DNA of 64,000 nucleotides, from positions 12,307,337 through 12,371,336 of the forward strand of contig CM082586.2 in the NCBI GenBank assembly GCA_040954595.2, written 5' to 3'. Below the pieces are notes generated by a model. It was given only the letters and a program-made list of their open reading frames with translations. It was not told where the DNA came from and ran no database searches. The translations under genes and the position numbers were made by a program. Positions 1-12,866 of the stretch are shown one piece after another. The stretch's first letter is position 1. The number at the start of each line of letters is the position of its first letter. This DNA is from Balanoglossus misakiensis. Lineage: Eukaryota > Animalia > Hemichordata.

Positions 1-149
1 CGTCCCTATGCAAAGTTTTGGTTCACACCATTGATGCAATGGTTGATAAGTGATCAGACGTGTGGTCATGGAATCCATTACATGATCAGAGATGTCATGG
101 TGGTTATGTTGATGTGGGCAACTACAGCAACGCCTGAGGTAAGAATTAA

Positions 150-363
150 AGAGACAAATAGATGATTGTATGATGTGAGAGTAAAAATCTCACTGAAATG
201 AATAAATGGTGGAGACCGGTTATTTCAAGTCTGCAAGCGGGATAGAAGTTGTGTGTGGTTGAAAGTTGATTCGCAATATATCCACATGTACATTAACATA
301 AAAGGTGTCTTGTATCAAACATAATAAATGGAAAAAGGGCAGCGAGAGAGAGACTTTGTCCCT
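150..363. mobile_element. T2/Kolobok-like MITE with TTAA target duplication
   Basis: TTAA at 146-149 and 364-367; termini AGAGACAAA / TTTGTCCCT; interior is the reverse complement of part of the 61804-62151 element. Confidence 0.65.
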
Positions 364-673
364 TTAAGAAATGCCCATGTTAATATTGCATATACAGCAT
401 CTTACTGTTTTGTGTTTCTGTGGATTATCAGATATTGCAAGTTAGAAAGTTTTTTCAACTTAAACTCTAAATTATAGATCAGCTTTGCTGTACTTTGGCA
501 GATTTATTATAGTACTCATGAAGTAGAAAAATGAGAACCATATTTAACTGAATAATTTATTGCAATCAAGGACTTCAAAATTTCATAAAATAGTGAAATA
601 GACATTCATCATTTCAGAAACTGTTTTGTTTTATACAGACAACTAATTCCATGCTGAAGGTTTCAATAATGTA

Positions 674-1738
674 CAGACCCGCCAATAAGTATTTACGCAC
701 CTTGAAAATGTACGTTTGACATGAAAAATTATTCACAAAATTGATCGACTGTAACTTATTTCCGAAAATAAATAACCTACGGAAGGTTTAACCCATTTTA
801 GTCAACACAGATGTGTTGCCGCGCTGAATTTGACTGCATACGCGGCGAGTTTTCCGGCCAGTGAAAATTCCTATGGTTATTGCAATGGCGGTATACTCAT
901 TAAGATATCATTTGCATCTCATTAAGTTTTCGCACCATTGTTTCCGTGGCTAATTTCCCTCTATTCGTATTTAAATCTCCACCAATCAGAGCTTTTAAAT
1001 ATAATTCCGATTAAATTTGAGGGGCGGGAAAATCTGCCAGACTTGCTTATGAATATTCTGATCGAGGTTGTCGGAGGTTGCTGCATAATTTTTGTTTGTA
1101 GACATTGAATCAATGAAATCATGCCCAAAGTTCGCGAACTTCCTGAATTTGTGAAAGGTCAATTTGAGGCACTGCATAGGCAAGGTTTGAGGAACAGGGA
1201 AATCGCAAGGCAGCTTGGAATCATCGAAGGCAGCGTCAGGTACAACATTCGGAAACTTGTTCAAAATGGTAGCACATACAATTTACAGCGATCTGGACGG
1301 CCAAGGCGAACAACGGAACGGGAAGACCGAATGTTGATAAGATCAAGTCTGACGGACAGAATCAAGACGGCCCGTGACCTCCGCGCTAAATTTCATGAGG
1401 ATACCAGGAAACTTTTGAGTATGAGCACAATCAAATCTCGATTGTATAGAGGAGCTTGACTCTATGGATGTGTGACTAAGAAAAAGCCGAAATTACAACC
1501 CCGGCACATCACAGCTCGACTACGTTTCGCCCTGCGTTAGGTCAACTGGATACCTGTTCAGTGGTCTCGGGTTGTGTGGGCAGACGAGTCTAAGTTCACC
1601 GTGTTTAGGAGCCGAGGGAGAGTTTTCGTTAGACGGCGACCTGGCGAAGAGTACGAAAATTGACTGTATCAGTCCCGCAGTAAAGTTTGGTGGTGGCAGT
1701 GTTATGGTTTGGGGGTGTTTCTTGGCTGCAGGTGTGGG
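674..1738 (+). mobile_element. Tc1/mariner transposon, 3'-truncated
   Basis: TA|CAGACCCGCCAATAAGTATT Tc1-like left end at 672-693, followed by a transposase pseudogene; cut off at about 1738 where it joins KolobokP-like sequence. Confidence 0.85.
1121..1738 (+). pseudogene. Tc1 DD34E-type transposase, disrupted
   Basis: HTH and GRPRRTT motif in ORF 1121-1459; after frameshifts/stop reads KKKPKL..ARLRFA, VVWADESKF, AVKFGGGSVMVWGCF. Confidence 0.92.
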
Positions 1739-3296
1739 TTGTCAAAACTCTGGATAAACTCAGTGTGTAGGTCATAGCCGTTTCAGGGTGTGCAGGCTTG
1801 ACCTTTTGTTATCATGAAAGGTATTAGATATTATTACAGATTTGACGGTATATTTGTTCTCTGGGTAAAGTTGTACATTTTATCATATTTCTTTTCCATT
1901 GCCATTGATTTCAGACTTGCTGCTGCACTACCACCCCTGGTCAAAGGACAGCCTAAGGCTTCATCCTTTGTATGTGTTGATTCAGCCAATCCATTATTTA
2001 GACGATAAATTGTTGAAGCTCCACGTGAAGTCGCATTGCGAGAGAAATTGACATTTTTAGGTAAGAGTGCAGGAGCTAACCCCACATTTTGGCATAATTG
2101 TGCACTTTGGGTTAAAAGCATAAAACTTGGTACACTTATGCATTGACCCGTGGCGGCCGTTTTCTGATATGGATCCAAAATTACAGCGCCCTCTAGTGGC
2201 CAGAAAAAGACATTCATACTTAAAAATTGTGCACTTTGGGTTAAAAGCATGAAATTTGGTACAATTATTCATTGACCCATGGCGGACATTTTCCAATATG
2301 GATCCCAAAAGACAGCGCCTTCTAGTGGCTAGAAACTGACATTTACACTTTCCCCCCCATTAATGACACTTTTTTGGGCAAGTTTAACACTCAGAGACAG
2401 GAATGTGGGTTGTAAAACATGCTTGCTCCCATACATTCCTTTGAATATTATCCTAATCCTGATGTACATGCATCATATCAATCTTGTATGTTACTAATTG
2501 AACGATTTGTTCTTCGAAATAACAACCAGTTCAATACACAAAGTCATGCAAAGGGGTAATACAACACCTCTTCTCCAGAAAGTCAAGGGTTCTCGAGAAT
2601 ACAGGCAGCATCTAAAGAACATGTGCTGTGAGAAACCTAGCAAAGCTATATCAAACCAACAGAATCCCAGTGGAAATCAAGTTGGACAACTCTTAGTCAA
2701 GCCCAAGAAAAGAGTCAACCTCAGGAAATCAGTGGCCAAAAGTCATGCACATGATTCTGTAGGTGCTTTAGGTCTAGTCTGACAGCAGTGGTCATTGTTA
2801 CTGTGAAGGAAGATGTAATCAAGATTGCTCTGATACATGTATATCAGGATTAGGATAATATACACATGAATGTATGGTAGCAAGCATGTTTTACAACCCA
2901 CATTCCTGTTTCTGAGTGTTACAAATGACCAAAAAGTGCCATTAATGGGGGAAAGTGTGAATGTCAGTTTCTGGCCACAAGAGGGCGCTGTCATTTTGGA
3001 TCCATATCAGAAAATGGCCGCCATGGGTCAATGCATAAGTGTACCAAGTTTCAGGCTTTTAACCCGAAGTGCACGGTTTTTAAGTATGAATGTCTGTTTC
3101 TGGCCACTAGAGGGTGCTGTCATTTTGGATCCATATCAGAAAATGGCCGCCATGGGTCAATGCATAAGTGTACCAAGTTTCATGCTTTTAACCCAAAGTG
3201 CACGATTTTTTTGTTAACTGCCCCACTATAAGGAAGTACTAATGCCCCGATTCACTGCCTCACACCATTGAGTATTGGTGCCAAATCTAACCTTAA
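1739..3296 (-). pseudogene. Kolobok(P)-like transposase C-terminus (1834-2064 + 3232-3296, split by a MITE) with the nuclease 3' end (1739-1817, +)
   Basis: With the MITE removed, the minus strand reads KVRFGTNTQWCEAVNRGISTSLPKNVNFSRNATSRGASTIYRLNNG; the TQxxE catalytic-E region is recognised by motif. Confidence 0.7.
2065..3228. mobile_element. Fold-back MITE with TAG..CTA termini and 3-bp TSD (Academ-like), copy 1
   Basis: About 420-bp inverted arms built from about 119-bp subunits; flanked by TAA/TAA; empty site at 7210-7230. Confidence 0.85.
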
Positions 3297-5536
3297 AGCC
3301 TCAGTATTTCTCGTAGGGGCAAAATTTTGTTTGAAACGGCATCTATAATTTCTAAAAGTAGATGATATAATTGATACTGAAGCGAACAGTCATCATCCCC
3401 AGCTCTGCTGATAAACTCATACAATTTACAATATAACGAGTGAAGAATGACTTTCTCTCCGGACAGAAAGTCACGTGAGTCAGGCTCCTGTTGACACACG
3501 GAATGCAACGTAATTACACTACTGCGCATGCGTACTCAAATGTACACAAGTATCAGCAAACAGCAACGGCGCGGCGTCCACATCCGCGTCCATAGAGTCT
3601 ACGCGGAAGGGGTTTGGTCGCCCCAAATCTAGCGACTTAGCGAAGAAACGCGCACTTAGGGACGAGGTCATTTTCAAATAGGCGATACCACGCGAGGTTA
3701 CCCCCCCCCCTCGCCCTACTCTGGCAGTTCAGACGGGAAAGCGATTAGCAGCGTTTAATGAGTTCGCATGCGTAATGTATCCCAATGCGATACCACACTG
3801 ATTAGCACCTCGTTAGTGTACTGTTGTTTTATGTTGAAGGCTTCTGATTTCGCTGACAGTCTTCTGCATGTACTCTTATGGGTGACAGGAGAGAGAGAAT
3901 TGTGCAAGGTTATCAATACATGTATGTCTGTTTTGAACTTTCATGTCTGTTTTGGACTGAGAGCTGTTGAATGAGGGAGAGATCTCGCACGAACGATCAG
4001 GAGGTCGCGCAGACGAAATCCTTTCATTGCGTGAAGCAACAATCTCACAATAAAATTGCAACATGAGCTGAGTAGGCCTAAGTGTCCTTTCCTGCCAACG
4101 CATGCCACAAGTGAATTTGAGAAAACTTGTTCCACATGTATAAAATCCATAGAGTATTTCTAAAAGCTGGGGAGTTCATTCTAAGTACAACTGTTGTCTG
4201 GCTAGGGGTCCCATCTTGAACGTCACCTTATGAGTGACCCTCTGACCTAAAGCATGTTGTACAGGGAATAATGTCAACTCTGTCTTTTTAGTCTTATACA
4301 AGAAATTTGCAGTGGAAACTATATTAAAAGTTCAATTGGAGGGTTTTCAACAAAACTGAGAATTCCGGTACAGAGGTATTGGTTGGTTTCAGAAGCAATT
4401 GGAGTCATGGAAGTTCACTGCCTGCGCACCCGAGTCCGATACAATATAGGCGTGATATCACAGTGTAACTTATACTTCCCAAGAGCGTGACTGCTTGTAT
4501 GTACTGTATCAAATTCAACGATAAACCAAGTTTGCTACAAGTGTGCTATGAAGTTGTTATCAGTATCGATTACAGGTCGTAAGGTCATAAACTGTGAACA
4601 TTGATTCTCTTGTACGCGTACACCCAAGCCGGCGAAAATGAAAAGATTTTACAAAAAAAAAAACAGGCCAGCGATTTTCCTCTGTTTACAGGCGGAAATT
4701 TTTCGCTATACAGCCGGCTATTTTTCCGGCTTCCGACTATTTTCTACATCCCTGCTTTTAGCGAGGGCATGACCTTCTGTGGTCAGTATGGGACACTTGA
4801 GTGCGCGATTGCCTGCTTCTATAAATAACTAACATGGTCTCTTACTCAGTCGCGCAAAAGGGGAAAAATAAGACCATATTCTCGTGATTTTTTCTCTCTC
4901 AATTATTGGAGCCGTTCAGGCCATTTGCTACCGCAGGGTTACTGTTGGACTACAGGGCTGTTTAGACAATATAATGGCACTAGTTCAAGGTGTGAACGAC
5001 CCCGGTAATGAGTTGCTCATGAATATTCACGTCATATAACATGAGAGGAGGTATACTATGCGAATGCGAGGTCGGGGGAACCGCGCGCGGTACTGCCTAC
5101 TTGAAAATTACATCTTCCCTAATTCGGCGAAATTACGGGAAGATAAATATATAGGATGAAATCAGTCGATGGAACCAGATCAAATCCGAAAATGTTCTGA
5201 CATCAAATGTCGAAATTGCACGTTTGCTGATCGACCGTAAGAAAGTGACCAGAGCCCTGCGAGGTCCGTATTGTTTTGATCACGCGTAATCCCAAACATC
5301 TCGCGAGATTGATGCGTCATCGCTATAAGCGTTCTCGGTCACATGTACACCATGTCCAATGTAAACAAACCCGCGCATCATATCAAGTGTTACGGCAATA
5401 TTTTCGGCTTGCATGTAGCTACAATTGCCCAAACCTTTCTTACATCTTCATTATGTAGTATTCCATGATGAATGTACGGGAAAAACGGGCTTTTTTCGAT
5501 GATGAAAAATGGATACACACGAGAAATACTGGGGCT
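3297..5536. mobile_element. Non-autonomous TTAA DNA transposon (Kolobok-like), 2.24 kb
   Basis: TTAA TSD at 3293-3296 and 5537-5540; 18-bp TIR AGCC(T/C)CAGTATTTCTCGT; internal inverted repeat at about 3656-3714 / 5066-5123; empty site CCTTAATATTCC at 7277-7288. Confidence 0.9.
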
Positions 5537-6683
5537 TTAATATTCCATTCTATGCATGTTGCTTATCATGGCAATGGCAGCCATATTGGATTTCTCTGGT
5601 ATTGGGGTGTAGGGTAACAATATGTCATTTTCAATGTAAATATTTTCTGCCTGGCCAAATTAGTATTTTTTTGTAAAGCAGGAGTGTCAAGTGTTTTCAT
5701 ATGTTAAATTTGTACAAATCCCTGCATTGGTTTTTCTGAGGGGGGTGTTTATTTTCAGAAATTTGAGCAAAAACATGAGTAATATTGCATTTCCATTGAA
5801 AATTAGCAAAGTTTTACGTTGTATTTCAAATTTCTGCAATGATTACAACAGTTATGAGAGAGACAGTCTTTGACAAGTGCACAACTTGTAGGATCTATGT
5901 TCTGGGGCTGCAAGATTTTTTTCTAGTGGTATGATTTCATGTGTCACAGTTTTTTTTGTCAATTAAAATTACATGTGTCATTACTACACATGTATGGTTT
6001 CAAACTGACCCATCAGCAGAAGTACTTGGCAAGGGATTTTTATATTTTAACATTATTTATTGGGACAGTCTGTCTTTTTACTGGTAGTCAAATTTTGCAT
6101 TTTTGTTAATTTTGACTTCCCTATATTGGCACAAGACCTGTAATTCACTTCCTGGTTCGTAACCCTCGAAGATAGTCCGTAAAAAGTAGTGCATTGCCTA
6201 ATATTTTGAGACCTGAATTGATGCTGAATAGGATTTACCATGGATATGTAGCATTTTTGGAGAGAGCATTTTGAGATGCATTCAAAATTCCCACTGGTGT
6301 GAGAGAATGTGGTGTAATGTTGTTGTACACAGCGGAGTAATCGAAGATGAGGCGACTGTGCACTTTGGCATAATTTTTTTTCAAAATTACCACTGGGGTA
6401 GCTATTTTGATCTCTCCCGAAAAAAAAATCCATGGACTTGCCTGCACGAAAATTTAGCCTGTGCACAAACAGACCATGTTCTGACAGTAGTTAACGGGAT
6501 TCGGCTCGCTCAACGTTATAAAATAGGAATATTTAGCTCAACGCTACCATTGTCATCTATGGGAAATGAATCACAGATCTTGCGCCTATATAGAGGAGTT
6601 TTAAGGTATGGTCCTATTGGATACAATTTGTCATTTTTTTTTATGTTTTGGCGGGTCTAACCTAAATTCTGTCATCATTAGCA

Positions 6684-6970
6684 ATGGACCCCGACACGCT
6701 AGAGAAATACCGCACCAAGCTTCACGAAAATTCATTCTTGGCCAGCAACGGGGAGTGTCAGATATGGTGTGGTTCCTTGAAAACAGGGGGAAAATATGGA
6801 GTCACAAATGTAAAACAGTCGAGCACTTCTTCGTGGAAGTGTATTGTGGTCCATCGTGTATCATACATGGTGGACCACAATACCACAGTGGTTGTCAAAA
6901 CTCTGGATAAACTCAGTGTGTAGGTCACGGCCGTTTCAGGGTGTGCAGGCTTGACCTTTCGTTATCATGA
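6684..6970 (+). pseudogene. His-Me finger (I-PpoI-like) nuclease with its core deleted
   Basis: ECQIWCGS..KYGVTNVK..HRVSYM..KTLD, then a frameshifted TQCVGHGRFRVCRL; the expected SHLCHNxxC segment is missing at about 6909. Confidence 0.75.
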
Positions 6971-6986
6971 AAGGTATTAGATATTA

Positions 6987-7282
6987 TTACAGATTTGACA
7001 GTATATTTGTTCTCTGGGTAAAGTTGTACATTTTATCATATTTCTTTTCCATTGTCATTGATTTCAGACTTGCTGCTGCACTACCACCCCTTGTCAAAGG
7101 ACAGCTTAAGGCTTCATCCTTTGTATGTGTTGATTCAGCCAATCCATTATTTAGACGATGAATTGCTGAAGCTTAACGTGAAGTCGCATTGCGAGAGAAG
7201 TTGACATTTTTAGGTAAGTAAGTACTAATGCCCCGATTCACTGCCCTACACCTTTGAGTATTGGTGCCAAATCTAACCTTAA
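6987..7282 (-). pseudogene. Kolobok(P)-like transposase C-terminal fragment
   Basis: GTNTQRCRAVNRGISTYLPKNVNFSRNATSR*ASAIHRLNNG; convergent with the nuclease, 16 bp between the two stop codons. Confidence 0.7.
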
Positions 7283-7387
7283 TATTCCATTCTATGCATG
7301 TTGCTCAGCATGGCAAAATGTCATTCAGTGGCAATGGCAGCCATATTGGATTTCTCTGGTATTGGGGTGTAGGGTAACAATACGTCA

Positions 7388-9380
7388 TTTTTGGGTCCCA
7401 TTGGTATAGGCATATATACCATGGGACCTTATGGGATGGGTTGCGTCTGTATGTATGTATGGATGGATGGATGGATGGATGTATGTATGTATGGAGGTAT
7501 GTCTGTATGTCCGTCCACATCAAAAACTTGAAAACCGCTGCGCGTATCACCTCAATATTTGGTGTGTAGGTGCAGGCAGGGCTGCAGATGGGAGTTTGTC
7601 CAAATGAAATTGCCAGGCCCAAAAATATGCAAATTAGCTTGTAAAATGTGAAATTGATCAAAACTCTGTAAGTCAACAATTACTGGTCAGATTGCTTTGA
7701 AAATTGGTATGCATGTACCTTATGTCAACCTCACCCGACCTGTAAGTGTTCAGTTGATATCATGGATGTTTTATTTGTTATGAATTTTTTAGTCTTTTTA
7801 TTAAATTTATACCTTTACTTATACCTCTATGGTTAAGCTATGTCCACGTCTTATTGTGGAATTCTGGTCTGTGCAATAGTCCTGTACAGTGACTGTCTAT
7901 TGGTCAGTGAGCACAATGGGGCCAAAATAAATGGCAAAATGTTGGGATCACCTGTAACACCTGCTTAACACATTAATTATGTGCATACCTAATTCTGGGC
8001 TAACTAATAGGGCTAGAGGTTTCGTTCTTGTGGGACATGGATCAGTATAGGGTCAAAATTTCTTGCCCAAATTTTGGGTGACCTCAGGTGACCTTTGACC
8101 TACTTTCCTATATCTCGGCATCCAGAGCAGGTACAGACTTGCCGTTTGGAGGGTTGGGACTAAAATTGAAAAGCCAAAATATTGGTCACCTGTGACACCT
8201 GCATATCTCATTTATTATGTGCATACCTAATTCAAGGCTAACCAATAGGGCTATAGGTTTGTTTTTTGTTGAACATGGACCAGTATAGGGTAAAAATTTC
8301 TTGCCCAAATTTTGCATAACCTCAGGTGACCTTTGACCTACTTTACCATTTCTTCGCATCCAGAGCAGGTACAGACTTGGCGTTTGGAGGGTTAAGCCAA
8401 AATTGGGGGTCACCTGTGACACCTGCATATCTCATTAATGATGTACATACCTAATTCCAGGCTAACCAATAGGGCTATAGGTTTGGTGTTTGTTGAACAT
8501 GGACAAGTATAGGGTCAAAATGTCTTGCCCAAATTTTGCATGACCTTAGGTGACCTTTGACCTACTTTACCATATCTTGGCATCCAGAGCAGGTACAGAC
8601 TTGGCGTTCGGAGGGTTGGGACTAAAATTGAAAAGCCAAAATTGGGGGTCACCTGTGACACCTGCATATCTCATTAATTATGGGCATACCTAATTCCAGG
8701 CTAACCAATAGGGCTATAGGTTTGGTTTTTGTTGAACGTGGACCAGTATAGGGTCAAAATTTCTTGCCCAAATTTTGCATGACCTCAGGTGACCTTTGGC
8801 CTACTTTACCATATCTTGGCATCCAGAGCAGGTACAGACTTGGCGTTCGGAGGGTTGGGACTAAAATTGAAAAGCCAAAATTGGGGGTCACCTGTGACAC
8901 CTGCATATCTCATTAATTATGTGCATATCTAATTCCAGGCTAACCAATAGGGCTATAGGTTTGGTTTTTGTTGAACATGGACCAGTATAAGGTCAAAATT
9001 TCTTGCCCACATTTTGCATGACCTCAGGTGACCTTTGACCTACTTTATCATATCTTGGCATCCAGAGCAGGTACAGACTTGGCGTTTGGAGGGTTGGGAC
9101 TAAAATTGAAAAGCCAAAATTTGGGGTCACCTGTGACACCTGCATATCTCATTAATTATGTGCATACCTAATTCCAGGCTAACCAATAGGGCTATAGGTT
9201 TGGTTTTTGTTGAACATGGACCAGTATAGGGTCAAAATTTCTTGCCTAAATTTTGCATAACCTCAGGTGACCTTTGACCTACTTTTCCATATCTTGGCAT
9301 CCAAAGCAGATATGCTTATTGCTATGTTGCTATGTGCTATGTTGGCTTGGGCCTGCTATTGCTGCTTGCAGCTATATTTT
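7388..9380. mobile_element. Composite HINE/Helentron-like (DINE-1-like) non-autonomous elements
   Basis: T-run, hairpin GGTCCCATTGGTATA..TATACCATGGGACC, (ATGT/ATGG)n microsatellite, internal tandem array, end GCTTGCAGCTATATTTT; related copies at 22882-24635 and 50053-51000. Confidence 0.6.
7944..9305. repeat. About 239-bp tandem repeat, about 5.7 units
   Basis: Units start at about 7945, 8184, 8408, 8647, 8886 and 9125. Confidence 0.92.
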
Positions 9381-10116
9381 TTCTTTAAAACTGCTATTAA
9401 ATTTTTAATTACCAGTGGCAGGTCAGTGTCTGTCTGTCTGTCTGTTCCAGGGCTGACTGAAAGAAGTTGCTTCTCATATGTGTTTGTACAGACAATTTTT
9501 GGTCATTTTTTTTCTAGCACCACTTGTTAGACTGCCATGACACATGACAGTTTATTGGGCATGTTCCTTGTTAATTTTTTTACATTCCATATTTCTATAT
9601 CGTAAGATCATATCTGCTTGCAATGTCACCTGTAATTTTTATTCTGGTGTGTCACTGTTTCCGCATAATCCTCAAATGCGACCACAGTGTCCTTGACGCT
9701 ATTTTTACATTGAATGGACTAGTCTGCTCAAACTTTCCTCACCAAAAATTCTGTTTAATCTTCTGTAACATGTATACTAGTATACATGTAGCTGCCTGAT
9801 AGTTTGCCCTGTGTGTGTAATTGCTGAGTGACATAACGCATTCTGTGATTGGTCCAGTCACGTAACCACCAATCAGATCGCTTGTTATAAGGAGAACTGC
9901 GCGACCTTTTACCGCATTAGCATACCTAATTTTTAGGGCTCGATATTACCTCTGAGGACGCAATATTTAAGTTGAAGTTTTTTTTCTTTTATCATATTAA
10001 TGCAAGAAGACTTGTTTTTTATGTAAAGGAAATAGACCCTAATATACAGAGTGCATTTTGAAACGATAGGCAGGTCCGGCCCATAGCCTAATTCTTCATT
10101 TTTCTGTCATGCGTAG

Positions 10117-12245
10117 GAATTGATCAGTGCTAACAACCCATGTCAAAATGGCGGCACTTGCCAACCCTAACCTTGTGTGTGGCATTGACGTGCACCTGCC
10201 AAGGATGCTATACTGGGGAGTGCTGTGAAAATTGTAAGTCAGTTTCTTTTGTCTAATTAATCAATATGTGTGGGACTGCTATACATGTATATAAAACAGA
10301 ATACTGTGATGGAAAATTCAATAACTTAATGTTTCAGTGGATATATGACTTAAAGTTAGCAGGATGCAGTGAATTCAACAGAAAGTGTAATTTCCTCTTG
10401 TGTGAGATCTGTGCGACTGTGCCAATGAAAATCTCCCCACAAACAAAAATGACAGGTATACACTGAATATTAGCAGCTTTGTCTCTGTAATAGCCATAGT
10501 GTTTTGAAGTTGAAAACTTGCAAAGTGTGCAGTTTTATTCAGACTACAAAGGAAACATTGTTGAAACGGATTATCTGTGTACATTGTCAAACTGTACACT
10601 TGTCGTGAGATTTATTCTCAATTATATTATATCATGCTACAGTCCGCAATTCTGATTGGTCGAGAGCTCAATCCAGCGATGCTAAAATACTCAATAATGC
10701 ACTGCTGGCAGTGGTAAAACGGGCTTTCTGTTTGCCACCTGGGTTTGTTCTTAGGTTGTTGTATGTGTTTACACTCATCATGTTTATTGTAGAACCAGGG
10801 TCGATCAGTGAGGCAACTGCTGTTTGTTCTATCTGCACTATTACTCGAGGCCTCCTGCCATTCGATTGTTGTACAGTGAAGCAGTATTCATCTCCCGAGC
10901 TGTCTTCCACTTTATGCACACCTTTGACAGTTTCATCCTTGTCTACCCTATTTGCCTTGCCTCTTGATCGGCAGCATTTGGAAAAATGGTGAGGTTTGCC
11001 ACACTTCCTGCATGACTTGCCTTTAGCTGGACATACTGAGTCATGTGGATAGGTGCCACCACAATAATAACAAGTGGACGGTCCTTTCGCTGGCTGCTGA
11101 TGAGCTCTCTTTTGTTTATTTGGTTTCGGGCGTTGATGGCGCTGTTTTCTGACCGCATTCACAGATGCCATATCTGCACCATTATTTTGGGTTTTCTCCT
11201 CAATCCCACTAGCCTGAACCTCTGATACCTCAAACGAACGGGCTGTACTCAGTAGACTCTCTAGTGTCGTCTCCTCCCGAAGAGCACGACGTCTGAGACG
11301 GGCTGATGTGAATCCTCGTATGATTTGTGATTTGACCTCTTGATCCTTATTGGTGAAGTCACATATGTTTCTGCTAGGCGTTGTAAACAAGTGTGATAGG
11401 CATCAATCGATTCGCCGTTGTTTTGTATGGTGTCTCTGAAGATGAATCGTTCGTATTCAATGTTCTGTTTGGGTGAGAAGTACGACGTAAGCTTTAATTT
11501 GGCTGTTTTACAGCTCGTTCCTGTATCTGGTAGAGTATCAAAGATGTCGGAAACTTCCTGACCTGCCCAGTGCAATAGCAGTGCATGTTGTCGCTTGTCA
11601 TCTGTAATGTTGAATGCGACAAATGCGTTTTCTACTCTAGCCATGTACTTTTTCCATCTCGTACTGGTGGTTGTCGGGTCTGAATGAACAGGAAAACTCG
11701 GCATTGACGGCTAGCTGATTCTCCATGTTCTCTGTCCTCGTCGCCAAATATAGAATCGTGGGTGGGCAATAATGACAACACGAGACACCAAGTCCGGCAT
11801 GTAAGAGTGAGAGTGCCTAGCCTCGTTCATGCAATTTATTCATAATGACCCGAATGTTGCATTACGTCATTTTACAGAATGTATAAAGTATAGATGCTCA
11901 CTAGTGTTTGGACACTACAATATACATGTGACTGCAGTGTCTTTCCAATCATGAATTTGCAAGGTGTCCTTCGGAGAAAATCTTTTGATTCTCTTTTCTG
12001 ATTTGCTTTGCATATTTAACTTAATGATCTCATTTGTTGGAATTCCCTGTCTCAAATTTTTGATGATCAGTCTCTGCCCCATTGCTCATCGTCCCAACTT
12101 TCTTGTGTATTGAAAACCAGGAATCAACCAATATGTGATCCCAATCCGTGCTTGAACAGTGGTTTTTGCCAGATGACATCTGGATCATGTGAACTGTACA
12201 CATGTTTCTGTCAGAATTGTTACACTGATGACCTTTGTGAACAAA
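10117..12245 (+). pseudogene. Two frameshifted EGF-like exons (10117-10233, 12121-12245)
   Basis: AG/GT boundaries, phase 1; NPCQNGGTC..CTCQGCYTG and PNPCLNSGFC..CFCQNCYT, both with frameshifts. Confidence 0.85.
10690..11919 (-). mobile_element. Mag-clade Ty3/Gypsy LTR retrotransposon 5' fragment (LTR, PBS, gag, protease)
   Basis: 171-bp LTR at 11749-11919 (TGTAG start, AATAAA); PBS TGGCGACGAGGA at 11735-11746 (tRNA-Ser(GCU)-type); gag with two Cys/His knuckles; protease LIDPGS; frameshifted. Confidence 0.9.
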
Positions 12246-12866
12246 GTAAGTTTTGATTTATTGTCTTGGGTTAATAATTTATACAGTTCAAAGTATCACC
12301 ATTTCTTTCAATGTGTAGATTTTTTTGTTTTTCGCTACAAGTGTAATCAAGATCTGCATGAAAATTTGGGTCGCTGTTCTAGTTTTAAATGTATACTTAA
12401 CTACTATCAATAATCACGAACACAATCCTGGGTTTGGGGGTCAAAGGTCAACTGCCTTTAATGACAAATTGACAGGCTACACAGCCAAATACGCCAAACT
12501 TGAAATACAACAATCAATACTGAACAAGAAACAGTGAGAACAAACAAGAAGCAGCAAATAGGGTGGGTGGGTGGGTTTTTTGCGTTGAACAAGTGTGGCT
12601 ATGCTAAGCAAGATGGCGACTGCCACAGCCTCGTACCAGGACTAGGGGAGAGCCACCTCGTACCCGCCCATTTAAATTGCAATAAAACAGAGTGTTATTG
12701 TCCACTTAAATGTATGCTTAACTACTATCAATAATCACGAAGACAATCCTGGGTTTGGGGGTCAAAGGTCAACTGCCTTTAATGACAAATTGACAGGCTA
12801 CACAGCCAAATACACCAAACCCCCAAACACCAGGACTACCAGCCCTCATCATTAACTAAGCAATAG

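Noticed and set aside
1-143. Possible exon end (GAG|GTAAG) or P-element-like peptide (IDAM..W..GYVDVG)
   Set aside because: Cut by the window edge, stops in the suggestive frame, and similarity too weak to call.
1834-2250. 138-aa ORF as a gene
   Set aside because: Chance fusion of the MITE arm with the transposase fragment.
3229-3296. Start of a long terminal direct repeat (AGGAAGTACT..)
   Set aside because: On the minus strand it is the in-frame continuation of the transposase (TQxCEAVNRGISTSLPKN).
7944-9305. CRISPR-like array
   Set aside because: Long units without unique spacers, eukaryotic context, no cas genes.
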